Shown piece after piece: positions 49,301 to 63,283 of a DNA stretch of 64,000 bases. This stretch comes from Mobula birostris (Eukaryota), in the NCBI RefSeq assembly GCF_030028105.1, contig NC_092384.1, positions 26,233,629 through 26,297,628 on the forward strand, written 5' to 3'. The notes below the pieces were generated by a model. It did no database searches, was not told where the DNA came from, and saw only the letters and a list, made by a program, of their open reading frames with translations. The position numbers were made by a program, and so were the translations under genes. Positions within the stretch are counted from its first letter, which is position 1, and each line of letters starts with the position of its first letter.

Positions 49301-52300
49301 GTTCTGCCTACTGCTCAACGGAGTAACGTCTAAAGTCTGTGGCTGCCTTTAATTCCTCCTTTTCCCCAGTTTAATTCTTGAATTATTCAACTTTTATTTT
49401 CTGTATCTTGGAGGGAAATAGTGGTCATTATGTCGTATCCTTTAAGAAGTGGAAAACAGCCTTCTGAACCCAGCAATGGAAAGGGAAAAACTTCAAAAGA
49501 AAAATCAGAAGACATGCCTGTCTGAGCTGAGCGTTCGAAACGTGCGTTGATGGATCTCGATAACAAAGTGGATAATAACACTTCTGAATTGAAGTCGTTC
49601 CGACAGAGTGTACAGACTATTGAGGAAAATATTCTTTCCCTGAATACTGAGCTTAAATAATCGAAATGTCAGATTGCGGATATTTAGAAACATAGAAACA
49701 TAGAAAATAGGTGCAGGAGTAGGCCATTCGGCCCTTCGAGCTTGCACCGCCATTTATTATGATCATGGCTGATCATCCAACTCAGAACCCTGCACCAGCC
49801 CTCCCTCCATACCCCCTGATCCCCGTAGCCACAAGGGCCATATCTAACTCCCTCTTAAATATAGCCACTGAACTGGCCTCAACTGTTTCCTGTGGCAGAG
49901 AATTCCACAGATTCACCACTCTCTGTGTGAAGAAGTTTTTCCTAATCTCCGTCCTAAAAGGCTTCCCCTAAATTTCAACCCGATTGGAACAGACTCAACG
50001 CAAAATTGTCGATTTAGAGGCAAAGTCTTGAAGAAACAACATTCGTATTTTAGGTCTTTCGGAAGGCTCAGAATTTGAGGATCTATTGGAATATTTTGCC
50101 AATCTGTTTCACTCTCTGCTCCCAGATATTCTATCTCAGCCTCCCGATATTGAAAGAGCTCACAGATTTTTCACTGCGTCAGGTAAAGCTCGACCAATTT
50201 TAGTCAACTTTCTTCGCTTTAAAGTTAAAGACCAAATTATAAAATGTGCAAGAAAACAGAAAGTTTTTAAATTTAACAGTTCCGAGATCCGTTTTTATGA
50301 AGATTATCCACGGGAAGTTATGCAACAACGGATTAAATTCATACCGGTCATGAAGATTGCTTACGAAAAAATTCTGTTTCCATCCCTGAGATGTCCAGTG
50401 AGACTTAAGCTATTCCCTAAAGACTCTACTCCTCGTGTCTCCTTGGATCCCCAAGCGGCATTGGATTTTGTCAATTCTATTGTGGAATGGTCTGATGTAT
50501 GAAAGATATTAGAGTCGCTGAATAATTCTCCGAAAGAAAACAGGTTTTGAAGATCTCGGTATGCTGAAGATATTTTTTGATCGCTGGATTACTTAAAGAA
50601 GAGGTGGCCTTCTTGGTTTGATTAAAGAATGACTTTTTTTTGAAGACTTTAGTATACGGAGTGAATTAATACAGCGGATAGATTGTGAACTGGTTTGACT
50701 ATCCGTTTCTATTTGTCTTTTTCTTTATTAATTAAGTGATAGGTTGCTTGCAGTTTATATAGATTTTTTCTTGTTTTTTGGAGTGTTTAGTAATAGATAA
50801 TTAGCTTTAATTCTTTTGTTAAATAAGGTAGTAAGTTAAAGAATAATGGCGCTGCTTTTCTCTCTAAACTGTTTGGGTTAATAGTATTGTTTTGGCGTCT
50901 TTGGAGACTGTTTGCATTCCTTTAGCTTATATTTATTAAGTAGAAACATTTTTTCTTTGCTGGGCTTTTTTTATCTTAAGGTTACGTATTTTCTTTGTAA
51001 GGGGAAGGGGGGAATTAGGAGAAAAAATTTTTAATCATTATTTAAACTGAGCGGCACGCGGAACCCTGTTCTTATGTCTTTTTCTTGGGGATGCGCTCCG
51101 GCTTTTTCTTTCTTTCGCCGGATTTTCTTCCTTGGGGATGGTGGGATGTTTGGGGGTACTTTTGTATTTTGGGGTTTATTGTGGGATTTTTTATTCACAC
51201 ACACTCTTTGTATTTTTCTCCATTATGGAGTTCCGGAGCATGCGCATTTTCTATTTGGTTATGTTCATCACCGCCATCTTTGATTAGCCCGCGATGGTAT
51301 GCGTGTATTGTCGGGTTCAGAATATTTAAACAGATAAACGTTATTAGTTGGAATCACCCTATTAAACGAAGGAAGACATTTAAAGTTATTAATCGATTCC
51401 AGTCCGATATAATTTTTGCACAAGAAACGCATTTCAGAACGGGCGATCAAAATAGATTTTTTAAAACATGGAAGGGCCTTCAATATCATGCTACTTGTCA
51501 TAATAAAACAAAGGGAGTATCTATTTTTATTAAATCTAATATTTTATTTATTCAAGAAGACATTGTTTCAGATAGGAACTATTTGTAATAGAAAAATTGT
51601 CCTGGTTAATCTATATGGACCTAATGTAGATGATCCTTTTTTTAAAAATGTAATTGGTTTATTACCAGACTAAAATGAATATATGCTGCTGATGGGAGGT
51701 GACTTCAACTGTTGCTTAAATCCTTTGATTGACAAAAGTTCAACCAATCAGCAGCCTCTGAGTCGTTCGGCAACACTTCGTAGTTCCTTTTTAACTGATT
51801 ATGGTTTGATAGAAATCTGGAGAAATTTACATCCTAATGACAGAGATTATTCTTTTTATTCACATGTTCATAATAAATATTCGAGAATTGATTATTTTAT
51901 AGCTGATTTCCGATTTTTGTCCAAAGTTCAGAAATGTGAATATGATGCTATTGCAGTCTCATGCGCCTTTAAGTTTAACTTTTGAGTTAAATGATGTTAG
52001 TAATGTAAACTTGCCTTGGCGCTTTCCAGAAAATTTATTACAAAGTTTGGACTTTGTTAAATTTATAGAGATTCAGATAAAAGATTTCTTTCTTTTTAAT
52101 AATACGGGAGATGTTTCGAAATTGATTATATGGAATACACTCAAAGCATATTTGCGAGGTCAGATAATATCTTATTTGGCTAAACTTAAGAAACAGACAA
52201 AAATAGAATTAGATAGAATTTCCAAACTAATTAAAGATCTAGGTAATACTTATGCAGTTTCTCCTAATGTTGATTTATTTAAACAAAGGTTTGAACTTCA

Positions 52301-54520
52301 ATCTCTATATAATTTACTATGAAATTATCCAATTAAAAGAAATTGGCTTAAATTAAAAAGTCAATTTTATATGTCTGGAGATAAAAGTAACAAGCTATTA
52401 GCATCTCAACTTAAAGCAGTTAGAGCTAAAAGACAAATTTTAAAAATTCGTAAGAGAGATGGTAGTTTAGCTTGTAATTATGAAGATATTAATAAATTTT
52501 TTCTAGACTATTACAGTGAACCTTATAAATCTGTTTCCAGCTGACCCTTCTAATACGTATGCCTTTTTACAAAAGATTGATTTTCCTATAATATCTGTTG
52601 AAGATCAGCAAATTCTTGATGCTCCTTTTACTGAAAGAGAAATTCAGAAAGCTATTCTTTCAATGCAATCTGGTAAAGCTCCTGGATTAGATGGTTTTAC
52701 TGCAGGATTTTATAAAAAATTTGAATATTTGCTTACTCCTTATATGTTGGAAATGCTTAAAGATTCTTTTATGTCAGGAGAGTTACCTTCTACATTTTAT
52801 GAAGCTTCTATTTCCTTAATCCTTAAGAAAAATAAAGATCCTACTGATTGTGCTTCATATAGACCTATTTCATTATTAAATGCGGATGCCAAACTTCTTT
52901 CAAAAATAATGGCTAATCGGATGGAAACTAAACTAGCTAAAATTATTCCTCAGGATCAAACGGGTTTTATAAAAGGCCGTTATTCTTTTTCTAATACTCG
53001 GAGATTGTTAAATATTATATACTCTTCCATCTCTAAGACTCCCCAATGTGTTGTTTCTCTAGATGCTGAAGAGGCATTTGATAGAGTTGAATGGAAAGAT
53101 CTATTTAAAGTTTTAGAGAAATTTGGCTTTGGTACTAATTTTAATAAATGGATTAGATTGATATATAAAAGCCCTATTGCCACTGTTATCACTAATAATT
53201 GTAGATCCCCCTTTTTCCAACTTTCTCGGGGTACGAGACAAGGATGTCCGTTAAGTTCTCTGTTATTTAACTTGTGTTGGAACCCTTGGCTATTGCACTT
53301 CGTGAAGCTAAAAATATTCAAGGTATTTCTATAAATGGGACTATTCGTAAGATCTCCCTTTATGCAGATGATCTTTTGGTTTATATTTCGACTCTGGAAG
53401 AATCTATTCCTAGCTTATTGAAATTATTAAATGAATTTGGATTGTTTTCAGGATATAATTTAAACCTGCATAAAAGTTAATTATTTCCTTTAAATGATTC
53501 TGCTTCTATATATGATAATATTACTTGAAAAGTTACGGATTCTTGAGAAATATTTAGGTATTACCATTGCTAAAAATTATGGAGACCTTTATAGAGCTAA
53601 TTTAGCTCCCTTAGTGGATTTTATGAAGCAATTTCTTTTTAGGTGGAATCCACTTACACTTTCCTTAGTAGGTCAAATTCATGACGTTAAAATGATGATT
53701 TTTCCAAAATTTTTATATGTATTTCAAAACATTCCTATTTTTCTAACTAAGAAGTTTTTTGATCAAGTTGACTCTATTATTTCATCTTTTGTTTGGAATA
53801 ATAAAAGACCAAGAATTGGAAAATGTCATTTACAAAAATTAAAAAAGAATGGAGGTCTTAATTTGCCTAATTTAAGAATGTATTATTGGGCGGTTAATAT
53901 ACGTTATGCGTGTTCTTTGTTGTATTGGACCGATAAAGAGGAATGACCATCTTGGGTTGACTTGGAATTGAAAACTGTGAAACAGTTTCATTTAGCTTCG
54001 TTATTAGGAGCTCCTTTACCTGTACAATTAGCCAAAATTTCTATTCTAAATATAAATCCTATGATTAATCAATCATTACGAATTTGGTATCAGTTTCGTA
54101 AGTTTTTTAATCTTAAAAAAATTAACCTTCTTAGTTTAATTTATCGAAACTATTTATTTAAACCTTCACTTAATGATCCTACCTTTTCTCTTTGGAGGAA
54201 TAAAGGAATTTTTTCCTTTATGGACTTGTTTCAAAAAGGTCGATTGACGGCCTTTGAGAAATTAGTAACTAAATACTCTCTCTCATATTCACATTTTTTG
54301 CAATAACATCAGGTCAGACATTTTGTACAAAAATATTTAAATAATTTTCCATATATACAAGTTTCTGACTTATTAGATATTATTTTAAAAATGAACCCTT
54401 TAGTGAAAGGCTTTATTGAGAAAATTTATAATTTACTATTACAACAGGACAATTATCCTTCACTTAAGATCAAGCAAGATTGGGAAAGAGAGCTTAATAT
54501 GACCTTGATAACAGAGGAGA
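49301..54520 (+). mobile_element. L1-clade LINE with 5' end, ORF1 and degenerate ORF2, 3'-truncated; forms the centre of palindrome 2
   Basis: ORF1-like IERAHR..RPILVNFLRF (50086-50502); endonuclease QETH, GGDFN, YSRIDY; RT KAPGLDG, YRPISLLN, RGTRQGCPLS, LYADD. Confidence 0.93.
49685..49969 (-). mobile_element. Short CR1 3' fragment nested in L1 ORF1; same family as 42527-44393
   Basis: Near-identical to 42541-42817. Confidence 0.9.
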
Positions 54521-56102
54521 GGACTCATGATCCATTGACGTTTGATAACTTCCTTGTTTCCTTTTACCCAATTTGCAATATGGAGTCACTGTCAACTTTC
54601 AATAAAACTACTTCCATATGGTGGAGAAAAACTTAAGCTGTTTTTATGAGCATCCTTTTTCCTCGTGTAACAGACTGACTCTGGTCGGCATTTCTGCGGC
54701 GGTTCCTTGATCAATGAAAACTGGGTTGTCGCCGCTGCACACTGTGAAGTGAGGTAAGTCTTAACACCTACAAAGAGAGAAAGAAATGTGCGGTGAATCA
54801 TTCTCTAATTCCTGAGGGATGATGTAGCTTTAACTGATATTTTTGTTCAAAGTGATATATGAGGCAAAGAAAAATTGCTCTTGTGGGCATGAACATTGAC
54901 CTAACGAGGGAAGATCCTTGCATGAATAGTTTGGGAAATCGTTGACTGGAAAGTACAATTTTCCCTCCACAACCCCCACTCACCCCGACCACTGATGAAG
55001 CTTGGAGTTGCTGGTATCTTGCAACAAGCAAACTCTGTCACTGCTTTTGTTTTTCTTTTGTCACATACAGTACGAACGACTTTGCTATTGTTGGTGGCCA
55101 TGACAAAAGCTCAAAAGCTGAAGCCAGCCAGAAATCCATGTCCATTGCTAAGGTACATTGCTCCCTGTAAAACTAGGAATTTGTTTAAATTCAGGTCAAA
55201 TTTGGGCTACAGTACTGTTAGGATCCAAAATGATGTGCAGAGATGGATGCCATACAGACAGGACACAGGATCTTAGTAAGGGGTGTCCAACACCAAAAGT
55301 GGTTTCAATCTCCAATATGAATATGCCTCGCCATGATAAACTTCATAGCACCAATAATAGAATCACTAGATATTGATAACAAGCAAGGCAAGAATTATTT
55401 CAGGTGCTGACAAAGATGATAAAAGATTATTACACGTCACTTCCCTCAGGCATTGGGGCCCCAGTTTTAATCAGATTAATTTTCCTCTGCACTAGCCCCA
55501 ATACCCTGACACATGGGCCTTCCAGCAATAAATGTTACTTGCAGTGTAGTAAGTGAAAAGACAAACTCAGTCATAAGTACAAACATGAAGCAAACAGATT
55601 AGACATTTCACGTTGGAATGCATGACTCTCTGGAAATGTCAATGCTGACAAATCATTAGGCTCACAGCCAGAACAAAATGAGGTCAGTCTCAAGACTGTT
55701 GAATACTTATAGCTTGGAACCAACAAAATAAACTAAAGTCTTATTCCTATCTCACTTATATCAAGTGAGAGCTAACTTAAGTCATTAATGCTTGGTATTA
55801 TGGCCATTTTAGATCAAATTAAAAGAGAACATACTATTAGCCCTATTACAGTTTTTCTCAGCCGCTTAACGACACAGTTCAAAACAGTAGCCACATTCTC
55901 TAAACAGTTGACACAGGCTGCAAAAGACTAATCCATTGTGCGAAACTCCTCATCCTCACTGCAAATTACACTCAGCAAGTCAAAACAATAAATATTTGCA
56001 GCAAAAGTGAATAATTCAATTAAAACAGTAGCACACAGCATTACATCACTAACATATATCAGTGATCACTGGGTAATCACTGGCAACACACTGGCCATCC
56101 TT

Positions 56103-59100
56103 ATCTTTCTTTTCTTTTTAAATCTTTTTATTAATTTTTCAAAATTATAAACTCAATAACAAAGTTGGTACAAAGAGATTGGAATAATATTCATCAGCAT
56201 ATATAAAATGAATTTTAAGTAACATAGATATAAAAGACTTCCAAACTCATAATGAAATTAATCATTAAAAAAAAGAAATAAAAAGAAAAAATATATATAA
56301 ACAAAAAAAACCCAAAAGAAAAAGAGAAAAAAAAACCCCAAAAAAAACAAAACAGGGCTAGACCAACAGCTTGTATCAGACACGTTCAATAATGTTGTTA
56401 ACTCTGCTCTTCTCATCATATAATTTAAGTTTAGAAAAAAAATTCGGAATGGTCAGATTGCATCATATGAAAACGTTGCATAAGAGGTTTCCAAGTTTCT
56501 TCAAATTTAACCAAAGGGTCAAAAATATCACTAATTTTTTCTAAATTTAAACTTAATATGGTTTGAGAAAACCATTGGAATGTAATTGGAGGATTAGTTT
56601 CCTTCCAGTTCAACAAAATAGATCTTCTCACCATTAAAGTAACAAAAGCTATCATTCGACAGGCTGAAAAAGACAAAGATCTATGTTCTACCATTGGCAA
56701 TCCAAAGATTGCCGTAATAGGATGAGGTTTTAAATCGAAGCATAGAACTGTTGAAATAATATCAAAAATGTCTTTCCAATATTTTTTCCAAAAGAGGACA
56801 GGACCAAAACATAGGAGTTAAAGAAGCCACTTCAGAGTGACATCTATCACAAGTAGGGTTTATATGGGAATAAAAACGAGCTAGTTTATCTTTGGACATA
56901 TGAGCTCTGTGTACTACTTTAAATTGTATTAATGTATGTTTAGCAGATATAGAAGAAGTACTAACTAATTGAAAATTGTTTTCCCATTTCTCTATAGGTA
57001 GGGAAAGTTGAAGTTCCCTTTCCCATTCATTTTTGATTTTATCAGATATATCTGGCTGTAATTTCATAATTATATCATAAATTACTGCTATTAATCCCTT
57101 CTGCAAAGGATTAAAACCTAAAATTTTATCAAAAATGCCAGAAGGATTTGAAGTCCGAAAGGTCGGCAACCTAGTATTTAAAAAATTTCTTATTTGTAGG
57201 TATCTTAAAAAAATGGGATCTAGGCAAATCAAATTTCTCAGATAATTGCTCAAAAGCAGTTATCCAGAAATAGATCACGAAAACATATTATACCTTTCGT
57301 TTTCCATATCAGAAAGGCTTGGCCCATTACTGAGGGTTGGAAAAAGAAATTAAATATAATAGGGCTTGATAACATAAATTCATTCAGGCCAAAAAATTTA
57401 TGAAATTGAAACCATATTCACAATGTATGTTTAACTATAGGGTTAAAAATTTGTTTATTCAATTTAGATAGTGCAAAAGGCAGTGAAGTTCCTAAAATGG
57501 AAGCTAAAGAAAACCCTTGTACAGAATGGCCTTCAAGGTTTACCCAATATGGGCTTGGAGTTGTATTCCAATCTTGTGTCCAAAATATTAAATATCCGAT
57601 ACTAATTGCCCAGTAGTAAAATCTTAGAATAGGCAATGCCAAACCACCTTAGGTTTCTGTAAGTATTTAGGTTTCTGTAAGTATTTTTTACTTAATCTGG
57701 GATTTCAATTTTGCCATATATAAGAGGAAATTTTAGAGTCAATAGTATCAAAAAAAGATTTAGGAATAAAAATCGGTATCACTTGAAATAAATAGAAAAA
57801 TTTGGGTAAAATAATCATTTTAATAGCATTAATACGGCCAATCAGTGATAGAGACAAAGGGGACCATTTAGTAATCAGTTGTTTAACCTGATTAATTAAT
57901 GGTAAAAGGTTGAAATTGAATAGATCCTTATGTCTCTTAGTAATTTTAACTCCCAAATAAGTAAAATAGTCAGTAATCACTCTAAATGGAGAGTTTCTAT
58001 AAATGGGAACCTGCATATTTAATGCAAAGAGTTCACTCTTACCTTGGTTCAATTTATAACCAGAAAAACTACTAAACTGAGCAAGCAAAGTTAATACTGC
58101 CGGAATAGATTTTCCTTGGTTAGAAATATATAATAGTTAATCAGCTGCATCTCGTGATAAGTTATGAGTCTCATTTCCACGGGTAATGCCAAATATATTA
58201 GGGGAGTCACAAATGCCAAAAGCTAGCGGTTCCAAGGCAATATCAAATAGTAGTGGACTAAGAGGGCAACCCTGCCTAGTACCACAGAATAAATGAAAAA
58301 AAGGGGATCTTTGATTGTTAGTAAATACCGAGGCCAAAGGAGTAAAATATATCAGTTTAATCCAGGAAATGAATATCGGACTAAAATTAAATTTCTCAAG
58401 GGTATTGAATAAATATATCCATTCAACTCTATCAAAAGCTTTCTCAGCATCCAATAAAATAACACATTCTGGAATTTTGGGTGAAAGTGTATAAACAATA
58501 TTCATTAATCTCCTAATATTAAAAAAAGAGTAACGGTTTTTAATAAATCCAGTCTGATCAGCAGAAATAATTTGGGGTAATACATTCTTCAATCTCGTTG
58601 CCAATATTTTAGAAAGAATCTTAGAATCAACATTCAACAGAGATATATGCCTATAAGATGCACATTCAGTAGGATCCTTATCTTTTTAAAGAATTAGGGA
58701 AATAGAAGCTCGATAAAAAGATTGTGGTAATTTACCTATTGACAATGCATCCCTAAAAACACTACATAGCCAAGGAGTCAGTGTAGTTGAGGAAAATTTT
58801 TAAAATTCTACAGTAAATCCATCTGAGCCAGATGCTTTACCTGAGTTCATTGAAAAAATAGCATTCTTTATTTCCTCTACTGTAATAGGTACATCTAGTT
58901 TTGAACGTTCATTAGATGATAATTTTGGAATATTCAGTTTCTTAAAAAATTCATGCATTATAGTGGAGTCATCAGGAAATTCTGATTGATATAGGGAGGT
59001 ATAAAATTCTTGAAAGGATTTATTAATCTCATCATGGTCAACTGTCAAAGTGCCATCTTGTTCACGAATCTTAAGAATCTGTCGTTTAACCAATGCCAAT

Positions 59101-59245
59101 TTCAATTGATTAGCTAAAAGTTTCCCAGTTTTATCACCATGTATATAAAACTGACTCTTAGTTTTGATTGATTGACTTTCAATCGAAGATGATAATAAGA
59201 GATTATGTTCCATTTGAAGTTCAGCTCTTTGTTTATAAAGTTCTA
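56103..59245 (-). mobile_element. 5'-truncated L1-clade LINE with 10-bp target-site duplication, nested in the intron-4 DNA transposon of copy D
   Basis: GGCCATCCTT at 56093-56102 and 59246-59255; RT motifs DAEKAFDRVEW and GTRQGCPLSP; A-rich tail. Confidence 0.93.
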
Positions 59246-60620
59246 GGCCATCCTTCTCAAAGCGGCATAAGATGATCAGTGTAGTCAGTCGTACAGTGTG
59301 ATGCTTGGTGCATACTATGTATAACGCCAGAGATCAGGACACTTTGTCTATCATCGTAAATACAATGATTACAACTCCAATCTTCAGTAAGAACTTTGAA
59401 GGATCAACAGGATGAGATGCAAGAATGCAAACCTACACACACAGTCTGGAATCTCAACTGTCATTACATGAAAGTCAAAGACAAAGTTGCCCACACCTTC
59501 AGGAGAACAAAGTCATTCATCTCTGATAACAGAAATGCCGTACAATAATGGTCATCTCTGATCTATTTTGTCCCCGGTTTGGCCTCATGTTTTCATCAAT
59601 ATCACATCGATTGTGCTCCCTAGCAATGCACCCCCGGGATGCCAAATCCAGCCCTGGACGTCTGCATGGTGATCCGCAATCATACTGTCCATCAGCGGCC
59701 TTTGGTCGGAATAACGCCTGCAGGAAGGTAAAAACCCAGTAGGGTTGAGGAATGGGGAGTGCAGTGAAAAGAGTTTCACAGACATGGATAGATAAGCCTG
59801 AAACCAGCCAGTCACTGCAGATGAATGGTGGAAAGATATATTGTCCCACGTGATGACATAGAGTGGCCATTGATCCTGGTGTCCTGCTCACTAAGGGTTG
59901 CCTGTAAAGCCCATCGAGGAATTTGATAATGTGTGGGTCGGTATAAGGTCCAGTCTTTCAGATGTATGCCTGAATGTCAGTGTCTGATATGGCTGCACAC
60001 TTGGTAACATTTAAACCTCTCTGGCCTGGTAGCTGGACTGGCACCCTTTTCTCTACATGATTCATCCTTTGTCTCCTTGTCCTAGATAAGGTTAGTGTAT
60101 CAACAGATTACCAACGATTGCTTAATCCGTTGCAAAGTAGAGCAATTTTGAGTCAATGATTTGGGATTGATTGCTGACACTTCTGAATGATTTTTGCATC
60201 TTCTTTTTGTCTTCCGACCATCGTTGGGTCCTGGTGTCGAGTGGTTTGCAAGAAGTTCATTAGCAATTGAGACAGATGTACATGCAATGAGAAGTGGTTG
60301 TCTATTGTGCTGAGGTGATTGCTGTTTTGCTCATATAGAGTTTAGAAATGAGCACATGAACTGCTGGCTTGATCGAACTGTCTGGGCAACTAAAAAAAAC
60401 CAATTATCTCAAAAAAGTTAGTAGATTCAGAAAGGAAAAACTGAAGATGTTTTATACAAGACGACAGCAGCAGTGTAATGGTAAACCACAGGATGCAGCC
60501 ACTTATTTCCACTTCCAGCTTGTAAGTCTATCTGTTTTTCTTCAAATTGCTGACTTTATTTTTTCTAATGAAGGGCTTTTGAATTCTATTTTTAATAAGC
60601 AATTAAATTAAATTAAGCAA

Positions 60621-62165
60621 CTGCCAGCTCCAGATCTTTCATCTCCAATTCCCAACGAAACATCAACCGCCACAATTTCAGCACTCCTCTCCTCCTCCTC
60701 CAGCCTTACTCCCTCTGAATGCACTGCCCGCCACTCTCTCCACACCAATCACAACCTTACCAGCAAACCTGCAGACAAAGGGGGTGCTATTGCTGAGTGG
60801 CGGACTGACTTTGACCTTGCTGACGCCAGTCGGAAACTCTCAAGACACCTCCTTGAAAAGGACCATATTCTGGACCCTCAGTGTCGCCATCATTGATCTC
60901 ATCAACTTTGTGACCTCACATTCACTGCCACCAAACTCATAGTTTCCTTAACCCGCAATGCTTGTTTCTACCTTCTACCCAAGATCCACAAACATGACTG
61001 TACGAGCAAGACCATTGTCTCTGCCATCTCCTGCCCCACTGAACTCATGTCCACATACCTCAACTCCATTATATCCCCCTTGGTTCAGTCCTTTCCCAGA
61101 TCAACACAGCAACACTTCTCATGCTTGCGATCTCCTCAATAATGTTCAATTCCCTGCCCTGACCGCCTCATTTTCACCATAGATGTCCAGTCCCTATAAA
61201 TTTCTATCCCCATCAAGAAGGCCTTAAAGTTCTCTGTATTTTTTCCCTCCAAAAGACCCAACCAGTTCCCCTCCACCAATACCCTCTTGTCTGGCAGAAC
61301 TGGTCCTCACCCTTAACAATTCCTCCTTTGGTCTCTCTCACTTTTTCCAAACCCTCAGAGTAGCCGTGGTTACCTGTATGGGCCCCAGCTACGCCTACCT
61401 TTTCAGTGGCTGCGTAGAGCAGTCCACGTTCCAAGCCTGCTCTGGTAAAACTCCCCAACTCTTTCTGCACTACATTGACAACTGCATAGATGCTGCTTCA
61501 CACCTTCATGCTGAGCTCATCAATATCATAAACTTTGCCTTTAACTTCCACCCTACCCTTAAATTCACTTGGTCCATTTCTGACACCTCCCTCCCCTTTC
61601 TCGATCTCTCTGTCTCCATCTCTGGAGATCAACTATCTACTGACATCTTTTATGAACCTGGTGATTCCCACGGCTATCTTGACGATACTATTTCCACCCG
61701 ATCTCCTGTAAAAACGCCATTCCCTTTGCTCAGTTCCTTCACCTCTGTCGCATCTGTCCCAGGGATAAGGATAAAGAACGGTTTCTCTTCCTCACCTGCA
61801 TCTCCTCCATTTCCCGGACATCCACGTCCACCCCATCTTCCTGTCACCTGAACAGGGATAGAGTTCCTCTTGTCCTGACCTGTCACCTCATGAGCCACTG
61901 CACCCAACGCATCATTCTCCACAAATTCCGCCGTCTGCAAAGAGATCCTACCACCAACACATCGTTACCTTCCCTCCACTCTCCACACCTTCAGTGGGAT
62001 CCTAGCACCAAACACATCTTTACCCCGCCTCCCCCACTATCCGCGTTTCATAGGGATTGCTCCCTCCATGATTCCTTTGTCCATTCAGCCCTCCCCACTA
62101 GTCTCTCTCACATATCCCTGCATGCAACAGAAATGCTACACCTCGCCGTTCACCTCCTCCCTGTC
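60621..62165 (+). mobile_element. Penelope-like fragment, intron 5 of copy D
   Basis: Inverted match to 6290-7820. Confidence 0.8.
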
Positions 62166-63283
62166 CTGGAAAGAAAAGCCTTATCCTGGCAATAGATACA
62201 GTGGAAGCACAAGAACTGAGAAAAGGGAGACAGGCCGGAAAGAGGTATAGTCAATCAGTAGGTTTATAAAAGTTTTCTAATAGCTGAAAATATACCCTTT
62301 AACTTTCATTGGAATATGACCCTTAAAAAAAAAATAAAGCAAAACTGATTGAAGTATCATCTAACGTTTCCACAGCTGCTGAGCGACCTAACAAACTTCA
62401 GCAAGCTGCTCTTCCTCTCCTCTCCAACGTGAACTGCAGGAACTACTGGGGTAGCAGTGTCACCGATGTCATGATCTGCGCTGGGGCAGCTGGTGCCTCG
62501 TCTTGCATGGTATGAAACCTTTTCAAAGTACTTCAACCTCTTTCAAGTTGCAAAAAGGCAATGAGACCAAGTCTGAGGCTGTGACTCGTTTACAGGGTGA
62601 CTCTGGCGGCCCACTTGTCTGTCAGAAGGACAACGTCTGGAACTTGGTTGGCATCGTTTCCTGGGGCAGTGGCTATTGCTCCACCAGCACTCCTGGTGTC
62701 TATGCCCGCGTGACGGAGCTGAGGGACTGGATCGATAGCACCATTGCTGACAACTAAGTGCAAAACAACATGTGAAATACAAATGAAAATAAATGGACTT
62801 CTTCAACATGAATTCTGAACCTGTGTTGTACTTTAAGGCCTGTCTGGAAATATAAGTTATTAATAAATCTAAGTAATATATGAGTTATAGGGAAAGGGTG
62901 AATAAGTTAGCAGCATAGGAGAATGTGGGGGGATTTGCTAGAGATGTACAAAATTATGAAAGATATAGATAGGTTAAATGCAAGCAGGCTTTTCTCCCTC
63001 AGGTTGGGTGAGACAAGAACTGGAGGTGATAGGCTGAGGGTGAAAGGTGAAATATTTAAGGGGGCAGTTTTTCACACACAGTGGTGAGAGTGTGTAATGA
63101 GCTGCCAGAGGAAGTGGTGGGGAAATGAGGGGGAATTTCTTCAATCAGAGAGGGGACTGAGTGTGGAACAAACAGAATTCAAGAGAAATTTGGATAAGTA
63201 CATGAATAGTGGAGATACGAATTGCGTTGGTTCAGGTGCAGGTCAATGGGACTAGGTAAATTACTAGCTCGTCATGGTCTAGA

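Larger units (their letters stand above)
54674..62757 (+). pseudogene. Chymotrypsinogen copy D; exons 3, 4, 6 and 7 only
   Basis: Exons 54674-54753 (HFCGGS..VVAAAHC), 55071-55152, 62376-62509 and 62596-62757 (GDSGGP). Exon 5 (Asp102) is deleted at the ~60605 junction; exons 1-2 are absent. Confidence 0.9.
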
